NCBI GenBank assembly: GCA_048938105.1
Contig: JBHLMN010000005.1
Coordinates: 55,218-119,217, forward strand
Reading direction: 5' to 3'
DNA from: Promethearchaeota archaeon
Lineage (GTDB): Archaea > Asgardarchaeota > Heimdallarchaeia > Hodarchaeales > Hodarchaeaceae
Length of the DNA stretch: 64,000 nt
The translations under genes were made by a program, and so were the position numbers. Positions 28,596-38,626 of the stretch are shown one piece after another. Under the pieces are notes generated by a model. It was not told where the DNA came from. It saw only the letters and a program-made list of their open reading frames with translations, and did not search any database. How positions within the stretch are numbered: the stretch's first letter is position 1; each line of letters opens with the position of its first letter.

Positions 28596-29636
28596 TCAAA
28601 TGTGAAAGTAAAATTCTCTAGGTTTAAGTTCTTTGATCGTATCAGTCTCTTTTGCAATTTTTCTTCTAATATCAGTACATAAATGGCATTTAGAAATATA
28701 ACCATCAGAATTCTCTTGATAATTGTAATTTTCAACAGAGAAATCATATAGATCTTTCATATTTCCCAAGATGAGATGTCTTAAAACTGGAAAATCCTCA
28801 AGACTAATACCCTCATTACACAAAGAATCTAAATTTCTAATATTACCCCAGGAAAAGCCTCCACAATAGCCAGGAATATAATTTCCAAAATTATCAAAAT
28901 GATTATGCCAGTTTCTTATTAATTCTAATTGGCAATTCTCTTTGAAGAAGAAGCTTGACGGGTAATTTCGATATAATTTTTGAAGTTTATAAGCAGCCCT
29001 ACCCATTTGAAACAATTCAACTTTTCTCTGCAAATCCTTAATATTAACTAATTTTAAATACTGTTCAATCGAAAGTTTCTCTTTGATGCCTAAACTTTTG
29101 AATTGATAATAGTAATACATTTGATAAATTAGTACATTATTACCGAAAATGTCTTTGCTTATATTTATAGCCCGTTTAATGTGCTCAAATGGGATATGTT
29201 CTAAGATGAAGGGATTAACACTAATCAAAATGCCTCTTAGGCCATTTTCTCTTAATTCCATCAATTTTTCTAAAGTAGATTCATCATTTTTACACCAATG
29301 ACAATTAGTTTCTACAAAGAGGGAGGGAATTTTAAATTCACTAGCAAATTGTACACTTTTCAATAGAACATCGTAATTTAGGAACGGTTCACCACCAGTT
29401 ATATGAAGACCATAATTCAGGCTTACATTTTCAGACCCATAAGGTGAAGGTTTAATGAATTCAGATAATTTTTCTAAAGTAATTTCTAAATCTTTCTCAT
29501 TGATCCAAGTATTCTCCCATTTTGGTGAACAAAAATACATACAATGTTTACACTCACAGCTACATCGATAAGAAAGAATTAATCCCCCAGATATTGGTTT
29601 AGGAACTAAAAATTTCTTCATTGTCATGCTTCTCAA
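28596..29636 (-). CDS. Radical SAM protein
   Basis: C-x3-C-x2-C (CSCECKHC), TGGEPF, ETN and C-terminal CHLC. Confidence 0.9.
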   Translation of the reverse strand: MRSMTMKKFLVPKPISGGLILSYRCSCECKHCMYFCSPKWENTWINEKDLEITLEKLSEFIKPSPYGSENVSLNYGLHITGGEPFLNYDVLLKSVQFASEFKIPSLFVETNCHWCKNDESTLEKLMELRENGLRGILISVNPFILEHIPFEHIKRAINISKDIFGNNVLIYQMYYYYQFKSLGIKEKLSIEQYLKLVNIKDLQRKVELFQMGRAAYKLQKLYRNYPSSFFFKENCQLELIRNWHNHFDNFGNYIPGYCGGFSWGNIRNLDSLCNEGISLEDFPVLRHLILGNMKDLYDFSVENYNYQENSDGYISKCHLCTDIRRKIAKETDTIKELKPREFYFHI

Positions 29637-29725
29637 TAAGAAATCAAATGTATAAAATAAAGATTATCCTCAAAAAAAGATGAATAGAAGCAAGAAATGG
29701 AAAAAAAAGAGGGAGAAAGGAAAAA

Positions 29726-30823
29726 TCATTTTTTCCTTTTTGATTTCATCAGAATCGCAGTAAAGGCAAAAATTAGGGGAAGAATCATGAATCCAGGTGT
29801 ACTACTTGATGTTTCACCTGAAGTCTCCTCAACATCCTCTTCTGCAATTGTCCAGAGACTAAAATGAGTTGTGTTGCAATAAAGTGTGTCTCCTTCTAAC
29901 CATTGATGTTTTGGTGTTTCCCATGTCTTAGAAGATTCATCATAAAACATGAACTTAAGTTTTTCCATGTTTTTGACGCCTAATTCCTTCTGTATTTGAT
30001 TTGTGAACTCATAGGAAAAATTCGCTTGAATCTGAGCTGAATTATTCATCTCAATCGCAATTGTTTGTGTCCGAATTCGATGTTGTTTCTGATTCATCGC
30101 TTGAGGAGATTTCTCATACTCTGTTACTATTATCTCTGAACTCTGATTTAATTTCAGTTGAAGAGAAAAGCCACTTTGTGTATGTATCTGGTACCTATGA
30201 CCAGCCTGAACGGCAAATCCTGTTCCATTTTGGCAATTAAATGGCGTTCCTGGAGTAGGATTACGATCAAGACTTTCATCGCTTTCAGTCGCAAGAATGG
30301 TCCAAATACTGAAATGTGGCGTATTGCAAAAAACAGATGCCCCATCAGACGTTATTTCAACCCAATTTTGATGAGCATATTGCCATTGAAACCTTGAAGT
30401 GTTGTAAAATGCCCATCGGAAAGTTGAAACATTACCAAGACCAGCAAGTTCATTATTGGTATAGTTTTTGTACATCGTTGCGTTCATGGCACAGGTACCA
30501 TTTAGTTCAATATGCATGTACCGATTTACAGCGCGAGTTTGGTTTGGTAACGGGCCTGCAGGGTTCGTTTCTGATTCATTGATTCTAAGTCTGGCACTTT
30601 CATTTGTACGGATCCTGATGTGGTTCCCGGACATAGTTCTTACTTGAGTTCTATTTCCAGCCGTAATATTGATTTTCTCTCCATTACCTGCAGTTATCCA
30701 AGGTTCATCTGGGGGACCAGCTGTAATTAAACTTGTGTCAGCTGCCACAGGAACTGAAAAGTATACTCCAAGCAGACCGAGAGTCAATACGAAATAAATT
30801 AAGTTTTTTATTCTCATGATCAT
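29726..30823 (-). CDS. Secreted surface protein with two repeated beta domains ending CNTxHFSxW and a PGF-CTERM-like anchor
   Basis: Signal peptide, an internal duplication of about 145 aa, and a TPGF-TM-KSKRKK tail. Confidence 0.8.
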   Translation of the reverse strand: MIMRIKNLIYFVLTLGLLGVYFSVPVAADTSLITAGPPDEPWITAGNGEKINITAGNRTQVRTMSGNHIRIRTNESARLRINESETNPAGPLPNQTRAVNRYMHIELNGTCAMNATMYKNYTNNELAGLGNVSTFRWAFYNTSRFQWQYAHQNWVEITSDGASVFCNTPHFSIWTILATESDESLDRNPTPGTPFNCQNGTGFAVQAGHRYQIHTQSGFSLQLKLNQSSEIIVTEYEKSPQAMNQKQHRIRTQTIAIEMNNSAQIQANFSYEFTNQIQKELGVKNMEKLKFMFYDESSKTWETPKHQWLEGDTLYCNTTHFSLWTIAEEDVEETSGETSSSTPGFMILPLIFAFTAILMKSKRKK

Positions 30824-30846
30824 TCACCAATTAATGAAATTAATAG

Positions 30847-30876
30847 GTTGATTAGCTTCAATCAGCTTATATTTAA
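30847..30876 (-). promoter_or_regulatory. TATA box (TTAAATATAA) with adjacent inverted repeat GCTGATT-N6-AATCAAC upstream of the HFS-repeat gene
   Basis: 7-bp inverted repeat with 1 mismatch between the TATA-like box and the GGTGA SD. Confidence 0.4.
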
Positions 30877-31141
30877 TTTCTTTGAGGAACACTTTTTTGG
30901 GAGGCTAATTAATTGAAATAGAGTTTCTTTCCCCTTGTAAATTTATATTACCTATTAATTCTCAAATTAATTGATTTTTAATCTAGTAAATCAAAAACAT
31001 CCCTTATTTCTCAATTGAAATTTTGAGACTTAAATCCAATCAAGAGGTCATCTTTTTTTAGAAAATTCATCTAAAGAGAAAATTAATATTAAGAAAAAGG
31101 CTTTAAAAGATCTAAAAATGCGATTAAACTCATTAAACAAT

Positions 31142-32650
31142 TTAATTTGTTTTACTACGTCTTTTAATTGCTTCAATTAACACTTTATATTTGGTAGGAT
31201 TGAGAAAATATCGTTCACCTTTGAGCTCTATTAATTTAATCCTTTGAAATTTCTTTGTATGATAACGAATTGACTCTTTTGAAGATCCTAAATAGTCTGT
31301 CAACGCATTGAGATCCCAAGAATTCATTTCTTGGAAAGCTTTTGCGACTCTAAAGCCTACTCCAGAGATTATAGCAAAATAAAGTTCTAAGAAATCGGGA
31401 GTAGGTTCATTTCTTAGCAAATAAAAGATTTCATACTGACCAAAGACTTTTCTTTTAATTATCCTGAAATCTTCTAATACTTGTAAATGCCATCGAAGGC
31501 TTGAAATTCCTATTTGCAATTCCCTTTTCAATTCACGGAAGTGTAGGAAGTCTCGGTTTTCGAGTATTGCAATTATTTGATTGCGATATTGATTTTCAAG
31601 AACATCATATTCATCTATTCTTCTAACAACTGGAGGATAAAGTATTTGGCCTATTAATAAAAGGGGTGAAAGGAAAATAATTGAAAACCAATCACGATCT
31701 TTAGGAATTTCTAGATCTTTAGAATTAAATACCCATTTAGTAATTAAATAGGCTAATCCAAGGAATAAAGATGTTACAGTGATGATAACTAAGCCTGTTT
31801 GGACTGTCTCTTCGGAAATGTTGAACAGCGGCAGTAATGGGGGATTAGAAGATTGTTTGACTTCTGAGCTTGATTGAGACTGTGAAATTTTAGATAATTC
31901 GATTCCAGATGTAATAACTGAGGTTAAAAATTGATTAAAAGAAGTAAATGATGAGTTATACTCCTTTAGCGATAAAGGAATAGCGAAGACAAATCCTGCC
32001 TGTTTCATAAATCCTGTGATTGATGTTTTACCTTCAGGAGTATTTTGACTTGTAGCAATACTATAAGAATCATCAATAGTAGTAGCAATACCAAGATTAC
32101 CTTGAACTTCTAAGGTTGAATTTTCGTTGAACTGAAACGGAACTTTGGTGAAAGTGTCATTCATTATCGTTAGAGTTATGTTTCCGACTTCATTACCAGA
32201 TGGCCATTCTTTTTGACCAGAACTTATATGTAGGCCTAACATAGAATGGAATGGTGTTGGAAATCGCCAAATCTGAGGGGAGATAATTACAAAAACACCA
32301 CCCTCTCGGACGAATTTTTCGATACTCTCAACAACTGTCTCATTAAACGGAGAGGTTACTTTACTTAAAATCATTATTATTTGAGAGTAGGTATTTAGGT
32401 AGTTTTGGTTAAAAAATAAATTATTTAAGTCTTCAGAAGTCTGAATGTCAATAAGCTCGCTGTTTGAGTTCAGAGATTGGTTTAAAGCAGTTGCTAAAGC
32501 ATAATCAGAATTACTTTCCGCTAGAAAGAGGGTTAACTCCCTTTGATTAGAATTACCTGATACCGAAGTAGGCTGGGTCTCATTGAATAGAAAGAGGAGA
32601 ATAATTACCATCAATAACATGTAATTCATTGCGATATTCCGAAATTTCAC
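31142..32650 (-). CDS. Membrane-anchored transcriptional regulator (extracellular domain, TM, tandem winged HTH)
   Basis: N-terminal signal/TM, a second TM near aa 285-305, and HFRELKRELQIGISSLRWHLQVLE plus a second HTH (SKESIRYH). Confidence 0.8.
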   Translation of the reverse strand: MKFRNIAMNYMLLMVIILLFLFNETQPTSVSGNSNQRELTLFLAESNSDYALATALNQSLNSNSELIDIQTSEDLNNLFFNQNYLNTYSQIIMILSKVTSPFNETVVESIEKFVREGGVFVIISPQIWRFPTPFHSMLGLHISSGQKEWPSGNEVGNITLTIMNDTFTKVPFQFNENSTLEVQGNLGIATTIDDSYSIATSQNTPEGKTSITGFMKQAGFVFAIPLSLKEYNSSFTSFNQFLTSVITSGIELSKISQSQSSSEVKQSSNPPLLPLFNISEETVQTGLVIITVTSLFLGLAYLITKWVFNSKDLEIPKDRDWFSIIFLSPLLLIGQILYPPVVRRIDEYDVLENQYRNQIIAILENRDFLHFRELKRELQIGISSLRWHLQVLEDFRIIKRKVFGQYEIFYLLRNEPTPDFLELYFAIISGVGFRVAKAFQEMNSWDLNALTDYLGSSKESIRYHTKKFQRIKLIELKGERYFLNPTKYKVLIEAIKRRSKTN

Positions 32651-32830
32651 CTAAGAACCTCAGAGATCTACTCTCACATATTCATCTAGTCTTGAATTTT
32701 ATGAATATTTTTGATTATTGGATCACTTTTTTTGGGGTCATGTTAAGGTATGATTTAATATGGTGTAATTTTACCAGGCAATAATAGATTTTACTTATTA
32801 TGAATAAGGCGTTTTTTAGAAAGAAAAGAG

Positions 32831-34042
32831 TTGATTATTCTGGTTAAAAAATACGATGTGGTAGTAGTAGGTGCTGGCCCAGCTGGTAGTGTAGCTGCCA
32901 TGAAAGCTGTTGAAGGAGGAGCTGAAACACTAATTTTAGAGAGGTATAGTCTCCCTAGATTTAAACTCTGTGGGGGTGGGGTGGCAAATTGGGTTGTCAG
33001 GCGTTTGAATATACCTAAAGAAATACTCCAGAGAAGGTACGATATTCTATCCTTCTTCACCCCTCCTGATTATGAGCGTCATGATATTGAACTCGGAACA
33101 ACAAGTTATTTCGGCGTATATAGAGATGAATTTGATCATTATCTGACAACATTGGCTATTAAGAAAGGTGCAAAATTGAGGGAAAAATCAAGAGTTATCG
33201 GAGTGATTAAAGAGGAAGGACAAGTAAAGGGAGTTGTAACTTCCACAGGAGAAGAAATTCTAGCTGATGTGGTTATTGCATGTGACGGAGCCTCCTCAAG
33301 AATATCAAAATTATCTGGGATGTGGACTAAATGGTCGAAAGATGTGAGAGTGAAATGGCAAGATCAGATGAGCTATTGTGTCGGTATTGAAGTGAAATTG
33401 GGCCAAAAAGTTATTAGTGAAAGATTCGGTAATTCTTACATGATTTTCACTGGAAAAGAGATCGCACCATTAGGTTATGCTTGGTTGTTTCCAAAATTCG
33501 AGAATGTTTCAGTTGGGTTAGGATCGATGGCAAAAACTTTAGAAAAGAAGCCAATGGATTATATGAACAAATTTTTGACCAATAATCCAGTAGCTTCCAA
33601 GCTACTGAAAGGAGGAGAAAGGGTGTTGTCAAGAGGAGCTTGGTTGCCTGCATGGAAACCAGGTGGAAGTGTCTATAAACCCAGTTTCGATGCAGGTTTG
33701 CTAATAGCTGGTGATGCTGCAGGCATGGTTTCTTCAATTACTGGTGAAGGGATATATTATGCAGTTCGTGCTGGGATCGAAGCAGGTATTACAGCAGCAG
33801 AAGCAGTTTTTGAAGGTGATTTTTCAAAAGAGTTTCTTTCAAGATATCAAGAGCGATGGAAAGCATCAATTGGTGTTGCCTTGGATTTTCAAGATCAAAT
33901 TTTTCACGAGACTGTTGGTAAAATTCTCACTCTAAAGGATGAAAAGAAACGTGAAATTCAATATGAGAGGGGTTTCATCCAAGCATTCAAGATGTTGATC
34001 GAATTCGTCCAAGAATATGCCAAACAGAAAAAAAGGGCTTAA
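32831..34042 (+). CDS. Geranylgeranyl reductase family FAD oxidoreductase
   Basis: YDVVVVGAGPAGS, KLCGGG, GYAWLFPK and GDAAG-x6-GEGIYYA. Confidence 0.92.
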   Translation: MIILVKKYDVVVVGAGPAGSVAAMKAVEGGAETLILERYSLPRFKLCGGGVANWVVRRLNIPKEILQRRYDILSFFTPPDYERHDIELGTTSYFGVYRDEFDHYLTTLAIKKGAKLREKSRVIGVIKEEGQVKGVVTSTGEEILADVVIACDGASSRISKLSGMWTKWSKDVRVKWQDQMSYCVGIEVKLGQKVISERFGNSYMIFTGKEIAPLGYAWLFPKFENVSVGLGSMAKTLEKKPMDYMNKFLTNNPVASKLLKGGERVLSRGAWLPAWKPGGSVYKPSFDAGLLIAGDAAGMVSSITGEGIYYAVRAGIEAGITAAEAVFEGDFSKEFLSRYQERWKASIGVALDFQDQIFHETVGKILTLKDEKKREIQYERGFIQAFKMLIEFVQEYAKQKKRA

Positions 34043-34118
34043 AAGAGGTCATTTGGATATAAAGACTAAAAGCAATTTAGTCAAGTTAATTTGTTTCAGA
34101 AATATTGATGGATAAACG

Positions 34119-35750
34119 ATGTCATTAGGAAAAAATAACACAACAAGAATAGTTGTCTTTTCTGATCTACATATTAGTAAATTTTCTGGCTATTTTCATG
34201 AGGAAGCGTTTACGAATGGTATTATGAGTATCGCACAAGAGATTAGGACTAATCCTGAAACCATTATATTAAACCTGGGAGATATTACTGATCAAGGTAC
34301 TATTGAAGACTATAATTATGCTAATGCGTTGATCAAAGGAACATTCGCTACACATGGGGTAGAACAACCCGTTATCCATTATATCCCAGGAAATCATGAC
34401 TTTCGGAATATTGGTAGAGAAATTTGGCATGATTTATATGGCCCACGCCATTTTTTTATTGATACAACAAAAACTGGTGGTAATCTTGTCATTCTTGGAA
34501 TAGATTCCGTCGAACCAGATGCTAATAGTGGACATATAGGTTCACGGGGGCGAGATGAGATATTTGCTAGGCTTTCTTCTTATCCAGATGAAGTAGTGAA
34601 GATCCTTACATTTCATCATCATTTATTACCCATTCCTAATACAGGTCGCGAACGAAGCATGATTCGGGATGCAGGTGATGTTCTCCCTGCATTGTGGGAC
34701 GTTGGTGTCGATATTGTTATTGTGGGGCATCGTCATTTCCCAAATTGCTTTAGTATTTCCAATGGAAAAAGAAAAATGTTATTAATTAACAATGGAACCT
34801 TTTCTAGTCATAAAACCCGAGGAAAAGCTGGCCATGTATATTTATCTTTAGAGGTTTCAAATCAACAAGTACAAGTCCAATTTCATGGCATTGATAGGTA
34901 TTCCATTTTTCAAAAGCCCACAACTTCAATTCATCCTTTGAAAAATGGGGTTTTGACTTCTTACTCCTTACCTCAACCTTCTGAGCAGATTCTTGCCAAA
35001 ATTTGTCACATGGGTTGTATCCATTTCACAGAGGGAAAAGATTTCCAAAGAGATATTTTTGATAAGGGCATTGAAATGGTTTTTGAAGAAAAACCATCTC
35101 TAATCGTTGATTGTGGGGGATTAACTAATGATTCATATGAAGAAGACTACAATATGGCTAAGAAATTTCTTGATACTCTAAAAGTGAAAAAAACTCCAAT
35201 AGTTTTAGTACCAGGAACAAGAGATCTACAACCTTTTGGCCAAAAACTTTGGTATAACCAAATAGGGGCTTTAAATCCTATTTACGATGATGAAAGAAAT
35301 CATATTCATGTTTTTGGAATTAATACAGGGCCTGAACAGAATGGGCTTATCGGCAGACATAATTTGAAATTGTTAAAAGATGATTTTGATAAGTTTAAAG
35401 ACAATAGAATCTTTATTATGTTAATGCATCACTCCTGTATGCCCGTACCTCAAACAGCATTTGAGCGAACCATAAAAGACGCAGGTGACGTCCTTGAATT
35501 TTTTACTGAACAAAAAATTCCCTTAATTTTATCAGGATTAGGCCACTCTGCAGGCGTGTTGCAAGTGGAGGAAAGTGTTTTTATTAATGCTGGAACCTTT
35601 TCTTCTAGAAAAATCCGATCAGAGAAGAGGAATACATACAATATTCTAACTATCTATAGTAATAAAGTTCTTGTTGTAGAGGAAGTTGAAATTCATAGCT
35701 CTAAAAGACACCACCTAGGTAGTTTTCGAATTCCTATTCCTGAAGTATAA
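34119..35750 (+). CDS. Tandem metallophosphoesterase (Icc-like); second domain degenerate
   Basis: Domain 1 has SDLH/GD/GNHD/HHH/GHRH; domain 2 has GCIH/GG/GTRD/HHS/GLGH. Confidence 0.85.
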   Translation: MSLGKNNTTRIVVFSDLHISKFSGYFHEEAFTNGIMSIAQEIRTNPETIILNLGDITDQGTIEDYNYANALIKGTFATHGVEQPVIHYIPGNHDFRNIGREIWHDLYGPRHFFIDTTKTGGNLVILGIDSVEPDANSGHIGSRGRDEIFARLSSYPDEVVKILTFHHHLLPIPNTGRERSMIRDAGDVLPALWDVGVDIVIVGHRHFPNCFSISNGKRKMLLINNGTFSSHKTRGKAGHVYLSLEVSNQQVQVQFHGIDRYSIFQKPTTSIHPLKNGVLTSYSLPQPSEQILAKICHMGCIHFTEGKDFQRDIFDKGIEMVFEEKPSLIVDCGGLTNDSYEEDYNMAKKFLDTLKVKKTPIVLVPGTRDLQPFGQKLWYNQIGALNPIYDDERNHIHVFGINTGPEQNGLIGRHNLKLLKDDFDKFKDNRIFIMLMHHSCMPVPQTAFERTIKDAGDVLEFFTEQKIPLILSGLGHSAGVLQVEESVFINAGTFSSRKIRSEKRNTYNILTIYSNKVLVVEEVEIHSSKRHHLGSFRIPIPEV

Positions 35751-35863
35751 TATCTTGAAGATTATGGTAAAGAAGTATATACACTCCGATCCATGTTGGG
35801 ATTATTGATAGAAAAAAGAAAAAGGGAATGAAATGGTTATATAGGGTGGTTTGGGATTTTAAA

Positions 35864-36139
35864 TCATTTTTGCATTTTTTGATATGCTTCGACGACTTTA
35901 GCAACCTCAAAAATCGGTGTAAAAGTGAATTCCATCTCTGGAGCATAATATAATGCCAGATTGGTTAAATGTTCTGGGTTATCTGTCTCATATAATTGAA
36001 AACCCCTGAACTCTCCACCTAATCCAAAACCATCAGTTATTGACTCTGGGAAATCAGGCCAAGACTCTTGATCTAAATATTTTTTCAGGACTTTGTCGAA
36101 GTCTTTGGGATCAAACTCCCAAAATCCAATATATTTCAT
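35864..36139 (-). CDS. DUF3303-like small protein
   Basis: MKYIGFWEF...GFQLYETD...FTPIFE pattern. Confidence 0.65.
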   Translation of the reverse strand: MKYIGFWEFDPKDFDKVLKKYLDQESWPDFPESITDGFGLGGEFRGFQLYETDNPEHLTNLALYYAPEMEFTFTPIFEVAKVVEAYQKMQK

Positions 36140-36406
36140 CTTTTTATCTCTCCATTACTCATTTGTACTTCAATGCTTTGTCATATAGATAAGTTGAGAA
36201 AGCATAATGAAAAGACATAAATTTTAACTTAAATTCTTTTGCACTAGAATTCAATCTAATCTTCAACCACGAATTATTTGTCTAAGACTCCCCAAAACGG
36301 AATTTCCTGACACTTTCCATTTATCAAAAAGCATAATGCGGATATTTTTTTTAGATTCTCTTTTAAATTTCTGTGAACTCATCAAACCTCGAGGTGAATA
36401 CTTAGT

Positions 36407-36730
36407 ATGACCTTAGAGAAGATGAGTTCAACACCGAAGAAAATAAGTTTCAATGTACCTACATACTTAGAATTTCTTCCCCCGTTGAAATCCTTACAAC
36501 TAAGTCCCACAGAACAGAAGTTATACCTCCAGCTGTCATTAGAATTTCAGATTGTAATGGATCACGCTCCTAGTTTTCAGGTGGGGGCCTATAAATGGAA
36601 TAAATTGCTTCCTGAACGGTTAGCTATGTATGGGATAACTTCTGAGGAGTGGGAAAGAATCTCTACCATTGGTGACAATAATGATGAGATTCAAGACCAA
36701 CTCGTTGAACTTGTTGAAAGACTTAATTAA
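36407..36730 (+). CDS. Hypothetical protein
   Basis: GAGGTGA SD upstream; no recognisable motif. Confidence 0.6.
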   Translation: MTLEKMSSTPKKISFNVPTYLEFLPPLKSLQLSPTEQKLYLQLSLEFQIVMDHAPSFQVGAYKWNKLLPERLAMYGITSEEWERISTIGDNNDEIQDQLVELVERLN

Positions 36731-36776
36731 GTCACATAATTTGGACTTCTTCGAATGTCTTTTCTCGAATAATAAA

Positions 36777-37955
36777 TTAGTTGTACTTTAGCTTTTTTAA
36801 GTAACAGCTAATGACTACTATACTGATTATCGTCATTATAAATGCATATGGTGTGCCTCTAGATTCGGATGTTGTAGAACTCTGAGTTGTTTCGGTTGCA
36901 GTACTTGAGCTAATAGTCGTTTCAGTTGTTGATTTAGTTGTCTCTGGTAGAGGTGTGAGAATTTGAAATGAATCAGCTAGAGTTGTTGTCTTGTTACTTT
37001 CGTGAAAAATTAGTGTATCAACGTTGACATTCAAATTTCCTTCGATAATAGTCACTGTAATATTGCAATAGTGATACTTAGAGAAATAAACATCTCCCTC
37101 CTGCCATTCAGAGAGATCGTTATTAGCATACAGGTCTGCACCAGCTCCACCCGTCGTTACATAAACAACATCATTACGGAGAGTACGATAATAATAATGG
37201 TCATGGCCAGAAAATGCTAAGTCTACATCATACTGTAGAAAGATCGGTTCGAGAACACTACGGATTTTTTGAGCATCCTCAACACGACCAGTATCGCGAA
37301 TCGAGTAACACGGACGGTGGAACACCACTACCACGAAATCGATGGTATTATTTTCAAGATCATCGATAAGCCATGATTTTTGGTCAGGAGTGATACTAAA
37401 ATCTCCATCCCAATATTCCTCTGTGTTTATGATTACAAAGTGTATTTGATTTTTATAATTAAAGCTATAGTATCATTCATTTCCAGGTAGATTAACATTT
37501 GCTAGATATGCAGAAAAATCATCATCATAGGAACCCCAGTTTCCAGGCCCTTGAGCATAAGTATATATTTCATGGTTTCCTACAGCATAATAGAAAGGAA
37601 TATTGTTTTTTGTAGAATTTTCAATATCTTCAAAATATCTGTCCCAGTCATCTTGCTCTCCTCCCGACGAGACCATATCTCCAGTATGTAAAATGAACTC
37701 TACATTTGGATTATCCTCAACAATTGAGGTTATCAATGCTGCTCGAATTGGATTACTACTATTGTCATGAGAATAATGACCTAGCGAATCATTCCAGTAT
37801 CCGAATTGCTGTCGACTATCTCCTAATGCAATAAAATACCATGTGTTCGTATCATCTGTACTCATCGTAACTTTATAACTGTTTATAATTGAAATAATTC
37901 CCAAAGAGAAAATAAAAATGGCTGAGAAAACCAGTAGAGCTTGTTTTAACTTCAT
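36777..37955 (-). pseudogene. Secreted purple-acid-phosphatase-like metallophosphoesterase interrupted by an in-frame TGA (37475-37473)
   Basis: GDSR, HTGD and GNHE lie before LPGNE*YYSF; FHRP and SGHDHYY lie after it in the same frame. Ser/Thr linker and TM tail. Confidence 0.85.
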
Positions 37956-38136
37956 TTTTTTCTCTCTTTACATATGTTCTTATATTTAAAAATTCTAGAT
38001 TTTTAATTATTGAATTATCTTTATTTGAGGTGTAAGAAGTGTAATTCTTTGTCTGGAGTTAATTCTTATAAGTCATTAATTTATTTTGTCTATTATTTTA
38101 ATTTTTCGATTAATCGCTAATAGAGGTAAGATAAAT

Positions 38137-38550
38137 TTGAAAAAATTCACAGATGATCGTTATTTAAAGATAGCATTCTTGATTGGTGGAATTTATGACA
38201 TAGTACTTGGTTTACCAATGTTATTTCTTCCTGATTTGACTACCACCTTGCTAAACGTCTCAAAACCAGAACCAATAATTTGGGTTCAAACCATCGGGGT
38301 ATTTCTAATTATCATTGGATATTTTTTGTTAATTGCTACCCAAGATGCACGAAGGTTTGCCTTTATTGGAGTAGGTTCAGCTGTGATTCGCTTAGGCTAT
38401 GCAATACTGACACTTTTATCATGGATAACGATTGGAATTGAAATGGGGTACATGTTCGTAGCTATGACTGATACACTAACAGCCATCATACTGTTGGTTC
38501 CCTTAATATTAACTGAGGATGTGTCTTGGAAAAGTATATGGCAATTGTAA
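38137..38550 (+). CDS. Four-TM membrane protein
   Basis: Hydrophobic segments; TTG start after a GAGGT SD. Confidence 0.65.
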   Translation: MKKFTDDRYLKIAFLIGGIYDIVLGLPMLFLPDLTTTLLNVSKPEPIIWVQTIGVFLIIIGYFLLIATQDARRFAFIGVGSAVIRLGYAILTLLSWITIGIEMGYMFVAMTDTLTAIILLVPLILTEDVSWKSIWQL

Positions 38551-38626
38551 TATGTATTAATATTTAATATCAAAAGAGTAGATTTGCTAGTGTGAGTAAA
38601 CTAAAAACTCCTCACTTAAGAACGAG

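Noticed and set aside
37473-37475. Selenocysteine codon
   Set aside because: The position corresponds to Arg/Trp rather than Cys in this family, and no SECIS-like hairpin was recognised.
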